This document shows positions 54,398 to 64,000 of a DNA stretch of 64,000 bases, in pieces. Position numbers and translations under genes: made by a program. The notes under the pieces are model-generated. The model was not told the DNA's origin, did not search any database, and was given only the letters and a program-made list of their open reading frames with translations. Source of the DNA: Armatimonadota bacterium (GTDB lineage Bacteria; Armatimonadota; HRBIN16); contig OY781964.1 in NCBI GenBank assembly GCA_963677485.1, positions 736,001 through 800,000 of the forward strand, given 5' to 3'. The stretch's first letter is position 1. Every line of letters starts with the position of its first letter.

Positions 54398-55171
54398 TCA
54401 CTGTGTGATGATGTCCAACCCATACATCACACATAGATTGGAGATAATATCCACTAGACTCTTGTTCGGCAATTTTAGCCCTGAAATATCAAAAGAGGTA
54501 TCTCCAGACATCCGTGTGAGAAAAAGAGTTAAATCATGCTTGATGGCATCGGGTGTTTTCACCCGGGTATTCGGCGTGATCAGTTGATACAACCTGAAGA
54601 CATCATTCCTGTGCTTGCGAATGTCTCTCTGATCTACTTTTTCACCAGCTGCGCGCCGTTGAGTGAGATCCAACCATGCTTTTACCTTCAACGGTATTAA
54701 ATGAGCAGGCATGATAATGGGTAGTCCACCAACTACCAGCTTACCTTCATGGATGAAATAGTAGTAATCGTCATTCAACAGAATGGCCGACAGGCTCGAT
54801 ATCTCGTCATCCACGGGAATCGGTGTGAGATGATGATTTACATCTATGCTCAATACTTCAGGAACTCGTGCGAACAGTTCCAGCATCACCGGGAATGATG
54901 TGTCCTCGGGGTCATAGAACCGATAGAACAGCTTCCGATCTGTGCTCTTCTGCTGGTTCTTATATCCACCATCACGCACGAACTCCCAGAACACGCTCAC
55001 AAATTCGCTGTCTAGTGCTTCCACGCAGATTACTATATCGAGATCTTTAGTGGCACGGAAATCTAGCCCGACATCCTCAAATGCTATGGAGCATGCGGTG
55101 CCTCCTATGAACGCGTATCGATCTGAGTAATTTGCGAAATGGGCTCTAAAGCGGTCCAGTCCTCTTACCAA
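54398..55171 (-). CDS. AbiEii-like nucleotidyltransferase toxin
   Basis: IGGTAC, RATKDLDI (pol-beta NTase signature), LK.KA, KH.ND. Confidence 0.75.
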   Translation of the reverse strand: MVRGLDRFRAHFANYSDRYAFIGGTACSIAFEDVGLDFRATKDLDIVICVEALDSEFVSVFWEFVRDGGYKNQQKSTDRKLFYRFYDPEDTSFPVMLELFARVPEVLSIDVNHHLTPIPVDDEISSLSAILLNDDYYYFIHEGKLVVGGLPIIMPAHLIPLKVKAWLDLTQRRAAGEKVDQRDIRKHRNDVFRLYQLITPNTRVKTPDAIKHDLTLFLTRMSGDTSFDISGLKLPNKSLVDIISNLCVMYGLDIITQ

Positions 55172-56148
55172 ACTATTGCCTCCATCATTTCCTCTAGTGC
55201 AGCTTCCACTCGTTCATCTGAGTGTCCCCGTAAACTGAGATACAACGATAATCGGTCAACATATCCAGTCTGGGCAAACAGATTCGGCGAATATCGCCAT
55301 ATCTCTAATTCACAAGCATCAGCATCGGCGATAGATAACTCCTTGGTATCACTCTGTTGCTTAACACTCTTCCAACCCTCTGCACCTACCGCATATACAA
55401 TCGGATCAGGCTGCACCAGCATCGAGTAATGAGAGAGTGCCGTCAGTCCAGAAGCGAAGCCGTCCTGCTCGCAGACCTGGCGTGGAGCCAACTTACGAGC
55501 TTTCACAGGACTCTTCAAACTTGGTAGTGCCGCCTCCCACAGTGATCTTCCCATTTTTGTGAACACTAGCACTCGTTTACGACCCTGAGTTCTGGCCACA
55601 CCTAAATCAAACTGTTCGATTTCATCAAAAACCCTCTTGAATGTCATGGGGGTGTAGCCAAACCTGTCGGTCAACATTGCGGTATCCAGCGGACCATAAT
55701 ACGATGTCGTCAAAGCATTAATGACCACAAGCTGAGTAGCAGGACTGAGAGTTGGCCTCTGTGCTCGTATATTTTTGAAGTGTTCTCTCATATCCAAACC
55801 AAGGTCCGGAAGGTAAAGCTGATTACCAGGAACGATGAATGGAATCTTGTTATCGATCAGCCGATCGCGCATGTTGGATGCCATCGTGCGCGTCACATAG
55901 ATGGCCGCACCGTTCCAATCCTTCTGCACTAGAGCCATATGCTTTCGTAAAGCCGCCAGCGTTCCCTCTTCCTCCTCGCGACTGACAAGTAGAAGACACG
56001 GCCTATCAAGTATATTGACCACTTCATAGTCATATAGTGCCTGCATAAACACTGGCAAGTTGCCATATCCATGCCACTTCGCTAATTGCGCAGAGATGCC
56101 AAGTGTCTTTTCCAGGTAAGCAGTTGTCATTTGCACGAGTGTGTTCAT
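55165..56148 (-). CDS. AbiEi-like antitoxin/regulator with a winged HTH
   Basis: Central HTH-like segment and C-terminal VD.LSLYLSL...DERVE; 7-nt overlap with the NTase gene. Confidence 0.65.
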   Translation of the reverse strand: MNTLVQMTTAYLEKTLGISAQLAKWHGYGNLPVFMQALYDYEVVNILDRPCLLLVSREEEEGTLAALRKHMALVQKDWNGAAIYVTRTMASNMRDRLIDNKIPFIVPGNQLYLPDLGLDMREHFKNIRAQRPTLSPATQLVVINALTTSYYGPLDTAMLTDRFGYTPMTFKRVFDEIEQFDLGVARTQGRKRVLVFTKMGRSLWEAALPSLKSPVKARKLAPRQVCEQDGFASGLTALSHYSMLVQPDPIVYAVGAEGWKSVKQQSDTKELSIADADACELEIWRYSPNLFAQTGYVDRLSLYLSLRGHSDERVEAALEEMMEAIVW

Positions 56149-56149
56149 G

Positions 56150-56217
56150 ACTATATCATAACATATTTTCAGGATGATCACATTGCCTATGTTATTGTCC
56201 TTAATTCATGTTATAGT
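56150..56217 (-). promoter_or_regulatory. Extended -10 promoter and repeated operator-like motifs
   Basis: TGTTATGAT ends 6 nt before the ATG at 56148; ATGTTAT occurs three times. Confidence 0.5.
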
Positions 56218-56332
56218 TCCGACCCTATCGTCAAATCAAAGCCTATGCAGGGATTAGCAGGGTCCTGGTGTAAGTATATATACACGAAGCCGACCGTAAG
56301 GCACCATGCTTCATCGCAATCGGGGAGAACTC

Positions 56333-58486
56333 ATGAAAAGCTACATCCTACCCGCACTTCTATTGGGGGCATACACAATGTTCACATATTCGCCCGCAAC
56401 AGCAGCAAACAAGGCCTCTGTGGTCAAAACACCGGCCGGTCCTGTATTAATGATCAATGGTCAGCCGACCGCCCCTGCCTTACTGCAAGTAGGCATTATG
56501 GGCGATAACACCCTCGCACAAAAGCAGGTTAAGTGGGCCGCTGAGAGTGGCATCAACATCGTCTCGCCCACACTGTGGGGTATACCCTGGACCAAAGATG
56601 GGGAGACACCCACTCTTGCAGGCACAGATATCGAATACTGGATAGATTCGATCTTGAAGGCAAACCCCAACGCACTGCTGATTCCTCGCTTCCCAGTGGA
56701 CCAGCCCCCGGCTTGGTGGGAAAAGCTGCACCCGGATGAACTGATGCTCTACCAGGATGGCACCAAAGGCCTCGCCAGTATCCACTCGAAGATATGGCGC
56801 AAGGCGGCGGCCAAGCAGATCGCCAACCTCATCGGGATTTTGGAGGAGAAGTATCCCAACAATATGATCGGCTACCACGTGTGCGGCCAGAACTCCGCGG
56901 AGTGGTTCTACGAAGGCTTCTGGGACGGAAAATACGAAGGGTTTGAGCCACCCGCGCGTGACGGGTTCAGAATCTACCTGAAGAATAAGTATAAATCTGA
57001 TAAAGCGCTTCAAACAGCCTGGGCTGATAGGTCGGTCACGCTGGCCACAGCTCCGGTGCCCACATACGCCGAACGAACCGCCAGCTCCAAAGGCAGTTTC
57101 CGCGATCCGCAGCTTCACCGTAAAGCACTAGATTTTGATGTCTACCAAAACGAGGCGATGGCAGACTGTGTATCTGAGATGTGCAAGGCGGTAAAAGATG
57201 CCGTACCCGACCGGTTGGCGCTCGCCTTCTACGGCTACACGCTGGAGTTGAGCGGCTCCGCCCGCAGCGGGCATATCGCACTCGGCAAACTACTGGAATC
57301 GCCTTATATAGACGGCATCTGCGCGCCGTATTCCTATGGCGACCGTGAGCCGGGCGGGTCAGGCAGATTTATGGGCGTGGTCGATTCGATGTTGGAACAC
57401 GGGAAAATCTTCTTTACTGAAGATGACACTCGAACCTTTATGACCGATCCTGCCGCTTCACCTGGCCGATGCGACGACTTAAGGCAGTCCGAAGGTGTCA
57501 TGACCAGGAACTTCGCCCATATCCTCACCCGAGGAGCCGGTCTCTGGTGGATGGAGCCAGTCGGTAACGGAGCCTACGCGAGTGAAGAGCTTCTGCAGCA
57601 TAACGGCAAGCTGACGAAACTCTACCAGGACACTCTAGCCACCAAAACCCGATATACCCCTGAGGTAGCAGTAATTGTAGATGAGCTGAGTGGGCTTGCG
57701 GCGAACCCCTTCATGGATGGTGTGGGCAATGAGGGTGTCAACATCAGCTTGATGGTGCGATCCCGATACAACCTCTACCGCATGGGCGCACCGCTTGGAA
57801 CCTATCTGCTGGATGATCTATTGGCAGGCAAGGTGCCCCCAGCCAAAATGTATATCATCATGAACGCGTTCAAGCTCAGCAATGCGCAGCTTACAGCACT
57901 TCGCAAGAGAGTTTGCCACGGCAACAACACAGTTGTATGGATGTATGCGCCTGGGATCATCAACGGAAACACGGTCACTCCTGAGAACGTGAGTAAAGTG
58001 ACCGGCATCAACCTTCGCCAGATCACCGGTGTGGATGGCAACATAGTGATGGAAGGCAGCGGAGAGACATTCGATGCCCTCCAGTCAGGACTATCACCCA
58101 TGTATGCCGTGGATGACCAACGGGCCACCCCCATCGCACGCTATGCGGGCAGCGGTAACGCCGTCGCGGTGGCTCAAAAGAAAATGCAGGGGTATACCAG
58201 CGTCTACTCTGGAGCGTTGCAGCTTCCGACCAGCGTTTTAAGGGCCATTGCCAATGATGCTGGGGTACATATCTACAATGATCAAGACAACATCATCATG
58301 GCTGGTAATGGATTTATGGCCCTTCATGCCACCAGTAACGGCCGCAAGATAGTTCGGTTACCCTTCAACAGCCAGGTGCAAGATGCGTTGACAAGCCAAA
58401 GCCTGGGTACATCACGGAAACTCAGCTTTGATATGCAGAAGGGCGATTCGATGCTACTGCGAGTCCAGCCAGAAAGCCGCAACTGA
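56333..58486 (+). CDS. Secreted GH42-like/beta-galactosidase-type glycoside hydrolase
   Basis: Signal peptide, SAEW, FYGY, FTEDDTRT, C-terminal trimerisation-like domain. Confidence 0.72.
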   Translation: MKSYILPALLLGAYTMFTYSPATAANKASVVKTPAGPVLMINGQPTAPALLQVGIMGDNTLAQKQVKWAAESGINIVSPTLWGIPWTKDGETPTLAGTDIEYWIDSILKANPNALLIPRFPVDQPPAWWEKLHPDELMLYQDGTKGLASIHSKIWRKAAAKQIANLIGILEEKYPNNMIGYHVCGQNSAEWFYEGFWDGKYEGFEPPARDGFRIYLKNKYKSDKALQTAWADRSVTLATAPVPTYAERTASSKGSFRDPQLHRKALDFDVYQNEAMADCVSEMCKAVKDAVPDRLALAFYGYTLELSGSARSGHIALGKLLESPYIDGICAPYSYGDREPGGSGRFMGVVDSMLEHGKIFFTEDDTRTFMTDPAASPGRCDDLRQSEGVMTRNFAHILTRGAGLWWMEPVGNGAYASEELLQHNGKLTKLYQDTLATKTRYTPEVAVIVDELSGLAANPFMDGVGNEGVNISLMVRSRYNLYRMGAPLGTYLLDDLLAGKVPPAKMYIIMNAFKLSNAQLTALRKRVCHGNNTVVWMYAPGIINGNTVTPENVSKVTGINLRQITGVDGNIVMEGSGETFDALQSGLSPMYAVDDQRATPIARYAGSGNAVAVAQKKMQGYTSVYSGALQLPTSVLRAIANDAGVHIYNDQDNIIMAGNGFMALHATSNGRKIVRLPFNSQVQDALTSQSLGTSRKLSFDMQKGDSMLLRVQPESRN

Positions 58487-58524
58487 CCATCTGCAGGTCA
58501 CTGCATGCTTCTTCTATCGATAAC

Positions 58525-58557
58525 AAAACCCCCTGTCGCTAAGCGGCAGGGGGTTTT
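58525..58557. terminator. Bidirectional intrinsic terminator
   Basis: AAAACCCCCTGTCGC-TAA-GCGGCAGGGGGTTTT between convergent genes. Confidence 0.88.
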
Positions 58558-58576
58558 CTATCGGGTCAGACAGGAT

Positions 58577-60142
58577 TTACTGTCGTATTCCTAGCTTCTT
58601 GAACTGCTCATCCCACATACCGGCTACTTTAGCAGCCTGCTGGTCGTAAGCATTTTTATCAGCCCAGGTGTTGCGTGGGTTCAGGACTTCTGAAGGCACA
58701 CCGGGACACTCGGTGGGAACAGCGATTCCAAAATGAGGATCTTCGTCAAACTCGACTTGAGCAAGCGAGCCATTCAAAGCGGCGGTGATCATAGCGCGTG
58801 TGTATGGGATCTTCATGCGCGATCCCACACCGTAAGGTCCACCTGACCACCCAGTGTTGATCAGCCATACATCGCTCTCATACTCGTCAAGTTTCTTGCC
58901 AAGCAGATCGGCATACACTTTGGGAGCCAGAGGAAGGAACGGTGCACCAAAACAGGCACTGAAGGTGGGGGCTGGTTCGGTCACACCGGCTTCGGTACCA
59001 GCAACACGGCTGGTATAACCCAGCACATACTGCTCTTTGGCCTGTGCAATGCTCAGTTTGGAAACTGGAGGCAGAACGCCGAAGGCATCGCAGGTCAGGA
59101 AGAAGATATTCTTAGGATGGCCGCCCACACTAGGGATCAGCGCATTGTCAATGAAGCTCAGCGGATACCCCGCACGGGTGTTCTCTGTAATAGCCACATC
59201 GTCAAAGTCCATCAGGCGGGTGGCACTATCATACACCACGTTCTCTACGATGGTTCCAAAGCGGATGGCGTTCCAAATCTGCGGCTCGTTCTCTTCGGAA
59301 AGTTTAATGACCTTGGCGTAACAACCACCCTCGAAATTGAAGGTTCCTTTGTCGCTCCAGCCGTGCTCGTCATCACCTATCAGGTTTCGATTGGGATCTG
59401 CCGATAAAGTCGTTTTCCCTGTGCCGGATAGACCGAAGTAAAGAGCCGTATCACCCTCAGCACCCATGTTTGCAGAGCAGTGCATGGGTAGCACACCCTT
59501 CATGGGGAGGATCATATTCATTACGGAGAACACAGACTTCTTCATTTCTCCAGCGTAGGCGGTACCACCAATGATGACCATCTTCTTGGTGAAATTCGCC
59601 ACTACAAAAACGCTCTTGCCGTCTGTGCCTTCTGTGTTAGCAGGTGCTTTCAGCGTAGGAGCATAAAGCACTACCCATTCTGGCACATGGGAACCGGTCT
59701 TGGTCCAGTCAGGCCGGACAAAAAGCTGTCGTCCAAACAGATTGTGCCATGCAAATTCATTACAGATGCGGATGGGGATCCGATATGCTTCATCAGCACC
59801 AGCAAAACAATCTTGAACATACAGGTTCTTATCAGCGAAGTGTTTCTGCACCATCTCGAAAAGCACTTCAAACGCTTCAGGAGTGCATGGCTGGTTGTTT
59901 CCCCACCACACACGGTCTGCTGTGTACTCATCTTTGACGATGAACTTGGCTTTAGGAGAACGTCCTGTGCGCTCGCCTGTGCGGCAAAGTAATGCACCAC
60001 CAACGGCTAGTTTGCTCTCCTTATTACCAAGAGAGTGTTCCGTAAGCTGAGCGGTGCCTAAATTCCAGTAGATAGATCCGGTTGTATGGATACCGTGGTT
60101 ATCCAGCCCGTAGGAACTGGGGTTTACGCCTTGGTTCTGCAT
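58577..60142 (-). CDS. pckA: ATP-dependent PEP carboxykinase
   Basis: TGRSPK, YAGEMKKS, GLSGTGKTTLS, IGDDEHGW, NFEGGCYAK. Confidence 0.97.
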   Translation of the reverse strand: MQNQGVNPSSYGLDNHGIHTTGSIYWNLGTAQLTEHSLGNKESKLAVGGALLCRTGERTGRSPKAKFIVKDEYTADRVWWGNNQPCTPEAFEVLFEMVQKHFADKNLYVQDCFAGADEAYRIPIRICNEFAWHNLFGRQLFVRPDWTKTGSHVPEWVVLYAPTLKAPANTEGTDGKSVFVVANFTKKMVIIGGTAYAGEMKKSVFSVMNMILPMKGVLPMHCSANMGAEGDTALYFGLSGTGKTTLSADPNRNLIGDDEHGWSDKGTFNFEGGCYAKVIKLSEENEPQIWNAIRFGTIVENVVYDSATRLMDFDDVAITENTRAGYPLSFIDNALIPSVGGHPKNIFFLTCDAFGVLPPVSKLSIAQAKEQYVLGYTSRVAGTEAGVTEPAPTFSACFGAPFLPLAPKVYADLLGKKLDEYESDVWLINTGWSGGPYGVGSRMKIPYTRAMITAALNGSLAQVEFDEDPHFGIAVPTECPGVPSEVLNPRNTWADKNAYDQQAAKVAGMWDEQFKKLGIRQ

Positions 60143-60198
60143 GTTCTATACCTCGTGTGATGTCGGTGTTAGCCCGAAGGCCACTTAGTGTGAATACT

Positions 60199-60216
60199 TT
60201 GAGAAATCTTTCACAA
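60199..60216. promoter_or_regulatory. Rex operator upstream of pckA
   Basis: TTGAGAA-ATCT-TTCACAA, one mismatch to the Rex consensus. Confidence 0.65.
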
Positions 60217-60418
60217 TCTAATTGTATCACAGCACTTGGATGTACGCACGCCAAATTGTTGAATCAGCTACTATTTTACTGATATTCGCCAACCATAGCG
60301 GGTTGTTCGTAAATCAAAGGTTCCTGGATCACAATCTATTAGAGGTAAGGCGCGGCAACCACGCCGAATTGTTCAGGTCGTTGTTTGCATCGGCAGGCAT
60401 TGAGCATGCCTGCGCCTA

Positions 60419-61252
60419 TTAAAATGGCTTAATAGTGACGATAGTGACGCAGTTCATCATCAACGGCTGCGTAGCATAGCCGCGATCAGCAGGCGGGTTA
60501 ATCACGAGTTTCGACTCGCTGCGGCCCTCGCCCTCTACCATGTCACCTGTAACGGGATCAATAAACGAGGTGAAACGCACATTCGCTGTTCCTACAGTGC
60601 CCTCGCTGACAAGATATCCCAACTTCTCAAGTGTCGTGTCAAAGCTGCTTAACACGCGGGCCATCTTCTTGTTCCCGCGCACTTCAACCCCAACAAAAGT
60701 ATGCTTTACAGACGTGGCGATTGTAGTTTTTGGCACACTCAGCGATGCGCTCCAACTATATCCTGGCTGAACTTTGTTATTCGGGAAAGTAACGATACAT
60801 CCGTAGTTTAGCCCAAGCCACCCCAGCTCTGGTGAGCTGCTCGGCAGCAGACTTGTCAAGTCCGCCTCTGTGATCTTGCTCACTCGGTTCTGTTTGTCAA
60901 CAGTCAAGCTTGTGTTCTGAGGCAGGCTCCTGCAAGGGATACTACGGCCGTTCATATCTGTCATTAAAGGGGTAAAGCTTCTGTTGATACATGCGGTGCC
61001 ATCCGGATTGAGGGAATCAGTCTTTTCGGTCATCGATAAAGTCATATTCATTAAGGTAGGCTCAGATGTGGAAGAACCCAGTGTACTGGTCATCGCGATA
61101 CTGACCATATACTGTCTGGTGCTGCCAAGACTGAAATTTCGAGATAGTTGAACACCCGTGTCCAAAGCATATGCTACGCTAGTCATACAAAGCACGACGG
61201 CTGCCGCGAACCCGGCAACCAGCGATGGCCTCACTCGGCAAAGCATAGACAT
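60419..61252 (-). CDS. Secreted beta-rich hypothetical protein
   Basis: Signal peptide (AYA), FP...V..G.SW motif, AGGAG ribosome-binding site. Confidence 0.75.
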   Translation of the reverse strand: MSMLCRVRPSLVAGFAAAVVLCMTSVAYALDTGVQLSRNFSLGSTRQYMVSIAMTSTLGSSTSEPTLMNMTLSMTEKTDSLNPDGTACINRSFTPLMTDMNGRSIPCRSLPQNTSLTVDKQNRVSKITEADLTSLLPSSSPELGWLGLNYGCIVTFPNNKVQPGYSWSASLSVPKTTIATSVKHTFVGVEVRGNKKMARVLSSFDTTLEKLGYLVSEGTVGTANVRFTSFIDPVTGDMVEGEGRSESKLVINPPADRGYATQPLMMNCVTIVTIKPF

Positions 61253-61324
61253 GTTCTTCTCCTGTAGACGGATATGTAAAATGGCACACTACTATTATAG
61301 ACGGTACCGGAGGCGTTTAGTTCG

Positions 61325-61687
61325 ATGCATAACCACTCATACACGAATCTCAGCCAAATTGCACTATATGAGCTCGTAGAGCAGATACCTGAAGGCAAAG
61401 TCGCCAGTTACGGCCAGCTTGCAGCCTACCTGCCCCAGCGTGTGCCAGCCCTCGTCGTGGGCCGCTGGATGGCAGTTTGTCCCCCTCATCTGCCATGGTG
61501 GAGGGTGTTGGGAGCTACAGGAGTTCTTCTGATCGCCAACAGAAACCCGGAATACGCTCGGCAGCAAGCGGCCCGCCTGAAGGCCGAGGGAGTGCCCTTC
61601 CTGGAACCTGACCAGGTAGACGTTGACCGTTGTCGGTGGATCCCTGACGAGGGGTGCTTGGACCGGTTATACTTATCAGGGGAGTAA
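61325..61687 (+). CDS. Alkyltransferase-like (ATL/MGMT family) protein
   Basis: IPEGKVASYGQLA; PWWRV in place of PCHRV; L.AEGV. Confidence 0.88.
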   Translation: MHNHSYTNLSQIALYELVEQIPEGKVASYGQLAAYLPQRVPALVVGRWMAVCPPHLPWWRVLGATGVLLIANRNPEYARQQAARLKAEGVPFLEPDQVDVDRCRWIPDEGCLDRLYLSGE

Positions 61688-61695
61688 TATTACCC

Positions 61696-62532
61696 ATGGT
61701 CACCATCCAACAACACCTTGCTGATGCCGAACGCACATTATTGCATTGCGGCATAGATGCGCCTCGACTAGAAGTTGAAGTGCTGCTGGCTGCTGCAATG
61801 GGCTGCTCACGATCTTATCTGCATGCCTATCCGGAGTTTGAAGTCACTGACGCCATTAAGCAGGTTTTTGGTGCATTTATAGCACGCCGGATACAGCATG
61901 AACCATTAGCATACATCACAGGCAAACGCGAATTCTGCAGTTACGAATTTACTGTCCGGCCTGGGGTGCTGATTCCGAGGCAGGAGACCGAGCACCTGGT
62001 AGATTTACTAGTCTCGAAAAAGCCTCGCAGGTTCGCCGATATCGGTACCGGCAGCGGCTGCATCGCTATCAGTGCGTTGAAGATGATGCCTGACAGCTAT
62101 GGGGTCGCCGTGGACATCAGCCGCAATGCTCTGGAGATAGCCGAAGTGAATGCACGTGCCTTAGGGGTCACCAACCGGCTCCAACTACTACACGGCAGCC
62201 TTTGCACCCCGTTACAAGGAGACCATTTTGACGCCATCGTGAGCAACCCGCCCTACATTGATGCGCAGGATGGGGATGAGCTTCCTGCCGAAGTGGCCAT
62301 ATGGGAACCATCACAGGCGTTGTATGCAGACTCTCATGGACTCGGATTTTACCCGATCATCGCCAGGCAGGCTCAGTTGCTGCTTCAACCGGGCGGATTA
62401 CTTGCATTCGAAGTAGGCATCAATCAGGCTGCGGATGTTGCTAGAATAATAGCTGATGAGTGTTACGAAACCCCGCAGATCATCTGCGATTATTCAGGAA
62501 TCGAGAGAGTAGTTTGGACGAGCAAAATATAA
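61696..62532 (+). CDS. prmC: Release factor glutamine methyltransferase
   Basis: EPLAYI.G, VLIPR.ETE, DIGTGSG, SNPPY. Confidence 0.95.
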   Translation: MVTIQQHLADAERTLLHCGIDAPRLEVEVLLAAAMGCSRSYLHAYPEFEVTDAIKQVFGAFIARRIQHEPLAYITGKREFCSYEFTVRPGVLIPRQETEHLVDLLVSKKPRRFADIGTGSGCIAISALKMMPDSYGVAVDISRNALEIAEVNARALGVTNRLQLLHGSLCTPLQGDHFDAIVSNPPYIDAQDGDELPAEVAIWEPSQALYADSHGLGFYPIIARQAQLLLQPGGLLAFEVGINQAADVARIIADECYETPQIICDYSGIERVVWTSKI

Positions 62533-62804
62533 CAGTTTCAACACCAGGATTTCACCTACACCCCGATGTATGGGGGTATTGCGCGTGCCGACACATCATC
62601 CTGCCGCACACGCTTCGTTGCGGCTGGTGTGGACGCGAAGTCGACGAACTGAAGCCGATGGTAGTTCAGCGCGCTTCAACAGGTCGTCATCGACACGAGA
62701 CCAGCACGTCCAAACCTAAGGAGAGCCGACGGAACCGCACTCAAACCGCTTCACATCCGGAAGAGGCCGTTCCGAAACCATCAACGCAAGGAAGTCTTTT
62801 TTAA
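62514..62804 (+). CDS. Putative small Zn-ribbon protein
   Basis: TTG start, CAC.H...CGWCG; its TAA stop overlaps the tsaC ATG (TAATG). Confidence 0.55.
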   Translation: MDEQNITVSTPGFHLHPDVWGYCACRHIILPHTLRCGWCGREVDELKPMVVQRASTGRHRHETSTSKPKESRRNRTQTASHPEEAVPKPSTQGSLF

Positions 62805-63445
62805 TGGCTATCACACTAAAAATCAATCCTGATGCGCCGCAGCCTGAGTTAATCGCTCGCGTGGCTGATTGTTTACGAAATGGCGGTGTCGTCGCATTCC
62901 CCACTGAGACCGTGTATGGTCTGGCCGCCAGTCTGGGTTCGGAGGATGGGATCAGAAGGGTATGGGAAGTGAAACGAAGGCCAGATAACAAGCCTTTACC
63001 CGTGCAAATAGCCCATGCCACGCAGCTTGGTTCCGTATGGCGTGAGTTGCCTCACCACGCCATGCCGCTCATTCAAGCCTTCATGCCAGGGCCGCTTACC
63101 TTGGTCTATTGGAAACACAACACGATACCGGATTTTATCAATGCGGGTCTACCCAGCCTGGGTGTACGAATCCCACAGCATCCTGTCGCCTTGTCCATGA
63201 TCACCCAACTGGGGGTAGCCATTGTTGCACCCAGTGCGAATATATCTGGCGAAGCGGCACCAGTCAAAGCTTCTGACATCAGTGTGGAATTACGCAACAA
63301 GATCGACATTGTGATTGATGCTGGCGCATGCCCGGGAGGGTTGCCATCAACGGTGCTGGACATATGCTATACACCGGCTAGAATTCTAAGGGCTGGAGAG
63401 ATAGGAAGAGATGAGCTGGAGCTTTACCTGCCAATAGCCGACTAG
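62804..63445 (+). CDS. tsaC: Threonylcarbamoyl-AMP synthase
   Basis: FPTETVYGL, K.RP..KPL, PGPLT, APSANISG, STVLD. Confidence 0.95.
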   Translation: MAITLKINPDAPQPELIARVADCLRNGGVVAFPTETVYGLAASLGSEDGIRRVWEVKRRPDNKPLPVQIAHATQLGSVWRELPHHAMPLIQAFMPGPLTLVYWKHNTIPDFINAGLPSLGVRIPQHPVALSMITQLGVAIVAPSANISGEAAPVKASDISVELRNKIDIVIDAGACPGGLPSTVLDICYTPARILRAGEIGRDELELYLPIAD

Positions 63446-63462
63446 CGTCGGCGACAACCGTC

Positions 63463-63978
63463 TTAAGACAGCAGCTCTTTACTGTCTGACAAGACAATAC
63501 TAAAGCACATCGCGTCTGCAACCGCGTTCAGATTAAACTGCTGGTCCATGTCGATGGGTGCTGCCGATTTTCGAAATCCCACCAAAACACCGACCACCCT
63601 CTCTCGCCACACCATCGGCTGCACAATGATAGTCTCAATACCATGGGCCACTAGATGATTCCACCAGGCTTCATCAATTCGATTGCTGCTGAGTTGGCTA
63701 AGCTGGTAAAACTGGTGAGTATTACACGCCAGGCTTAGTGGTGACTCGGGCTCAAGCAGACCCCATTTTTCCACGGCTTGAATACTAAACCCCGGTACGG
63801 TGGCCGCAGCCTGCGATGCAAGGCCACACCAGGATGCTTTTTGACTGTCATATGAGCCTATCCAGATCGCATCACTGCTTCCGGAATCGACTAACGAATC
63901 CGCCAGTGACTGACCGATATCGCCAGCCTCCGCCTTTTGGGCCATATGCCGGTAAAGTTTCGCCTTGATATCCATCAC
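63463..63978 (-). CDS. Stand-alone GAF-like domain protein
   Basis: P......VGVL motif and GAF-like length. Confidence 0.6.
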   Translation of the reverse strand: MMDIKAKLYRHMAQKAEAGDIGQSLADSLVDSGSSDAIWIGSYDSQKASWCGLASQAAATVPGFSIQAVEKWGLLEPESPLSLACNTHQFYQLSQLSSNRIDEAWWNHLVAHGIETIIVQPMVWRERVVGVLVGFRKSAAPIDMDQQFNLNAVADAMCFSIVLSDSKELLS

Positions 63979-64000
63979 GCGGTCGGGAACCGGGGCTCGC

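Overview
Chromosomal window from a moderately GC-rich bacterium. The carbohydrate-enzyme-rich gene content suggests Armatimonadota, but that is a weak inference. 0-14.7 kb is a minus-strand accessory block: a complete N-type ATPase operon (atpD-C-Q-R-B-E-F-A-G) with YihY, phosphoketolase, a DUF190-CBS protein, a UppS-like enzyme and small stress-type proteins, with a ~73-bp repeat at both ends of the yihY-atp-xfp-CBS part. 15-23.5 kb holds two tandem GH106-like paralogues and a GH43. 23.5-44 kb is housekeeping: rex, a eukaryote-like OGG1, FNR, serC, thyX, a hybrid kinase, argD, rpsT, a PBP1A-mrdA-kinase-regulator-holA operon and purB. 44-58.5 kb is a variable region of glycoside hydrolases interleaved with two AT-richer candidate defence/TA pairs (ABC ATPase + TOPRIM-like; AbiE-like) and a TerB-like/BRCT gene. 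58.5-64 kb holds pckA, an ATL, prmC, a small Zn-ribbon ORF, tsaC and a GAF protein. I found no rRNA, tRNA, CRISPR array or transposase. The most unusual signal is an unannotated ~180-nt structured element present in two diverged copies (~129-300 and ~45537-45715) whose differences preserve base pairing.
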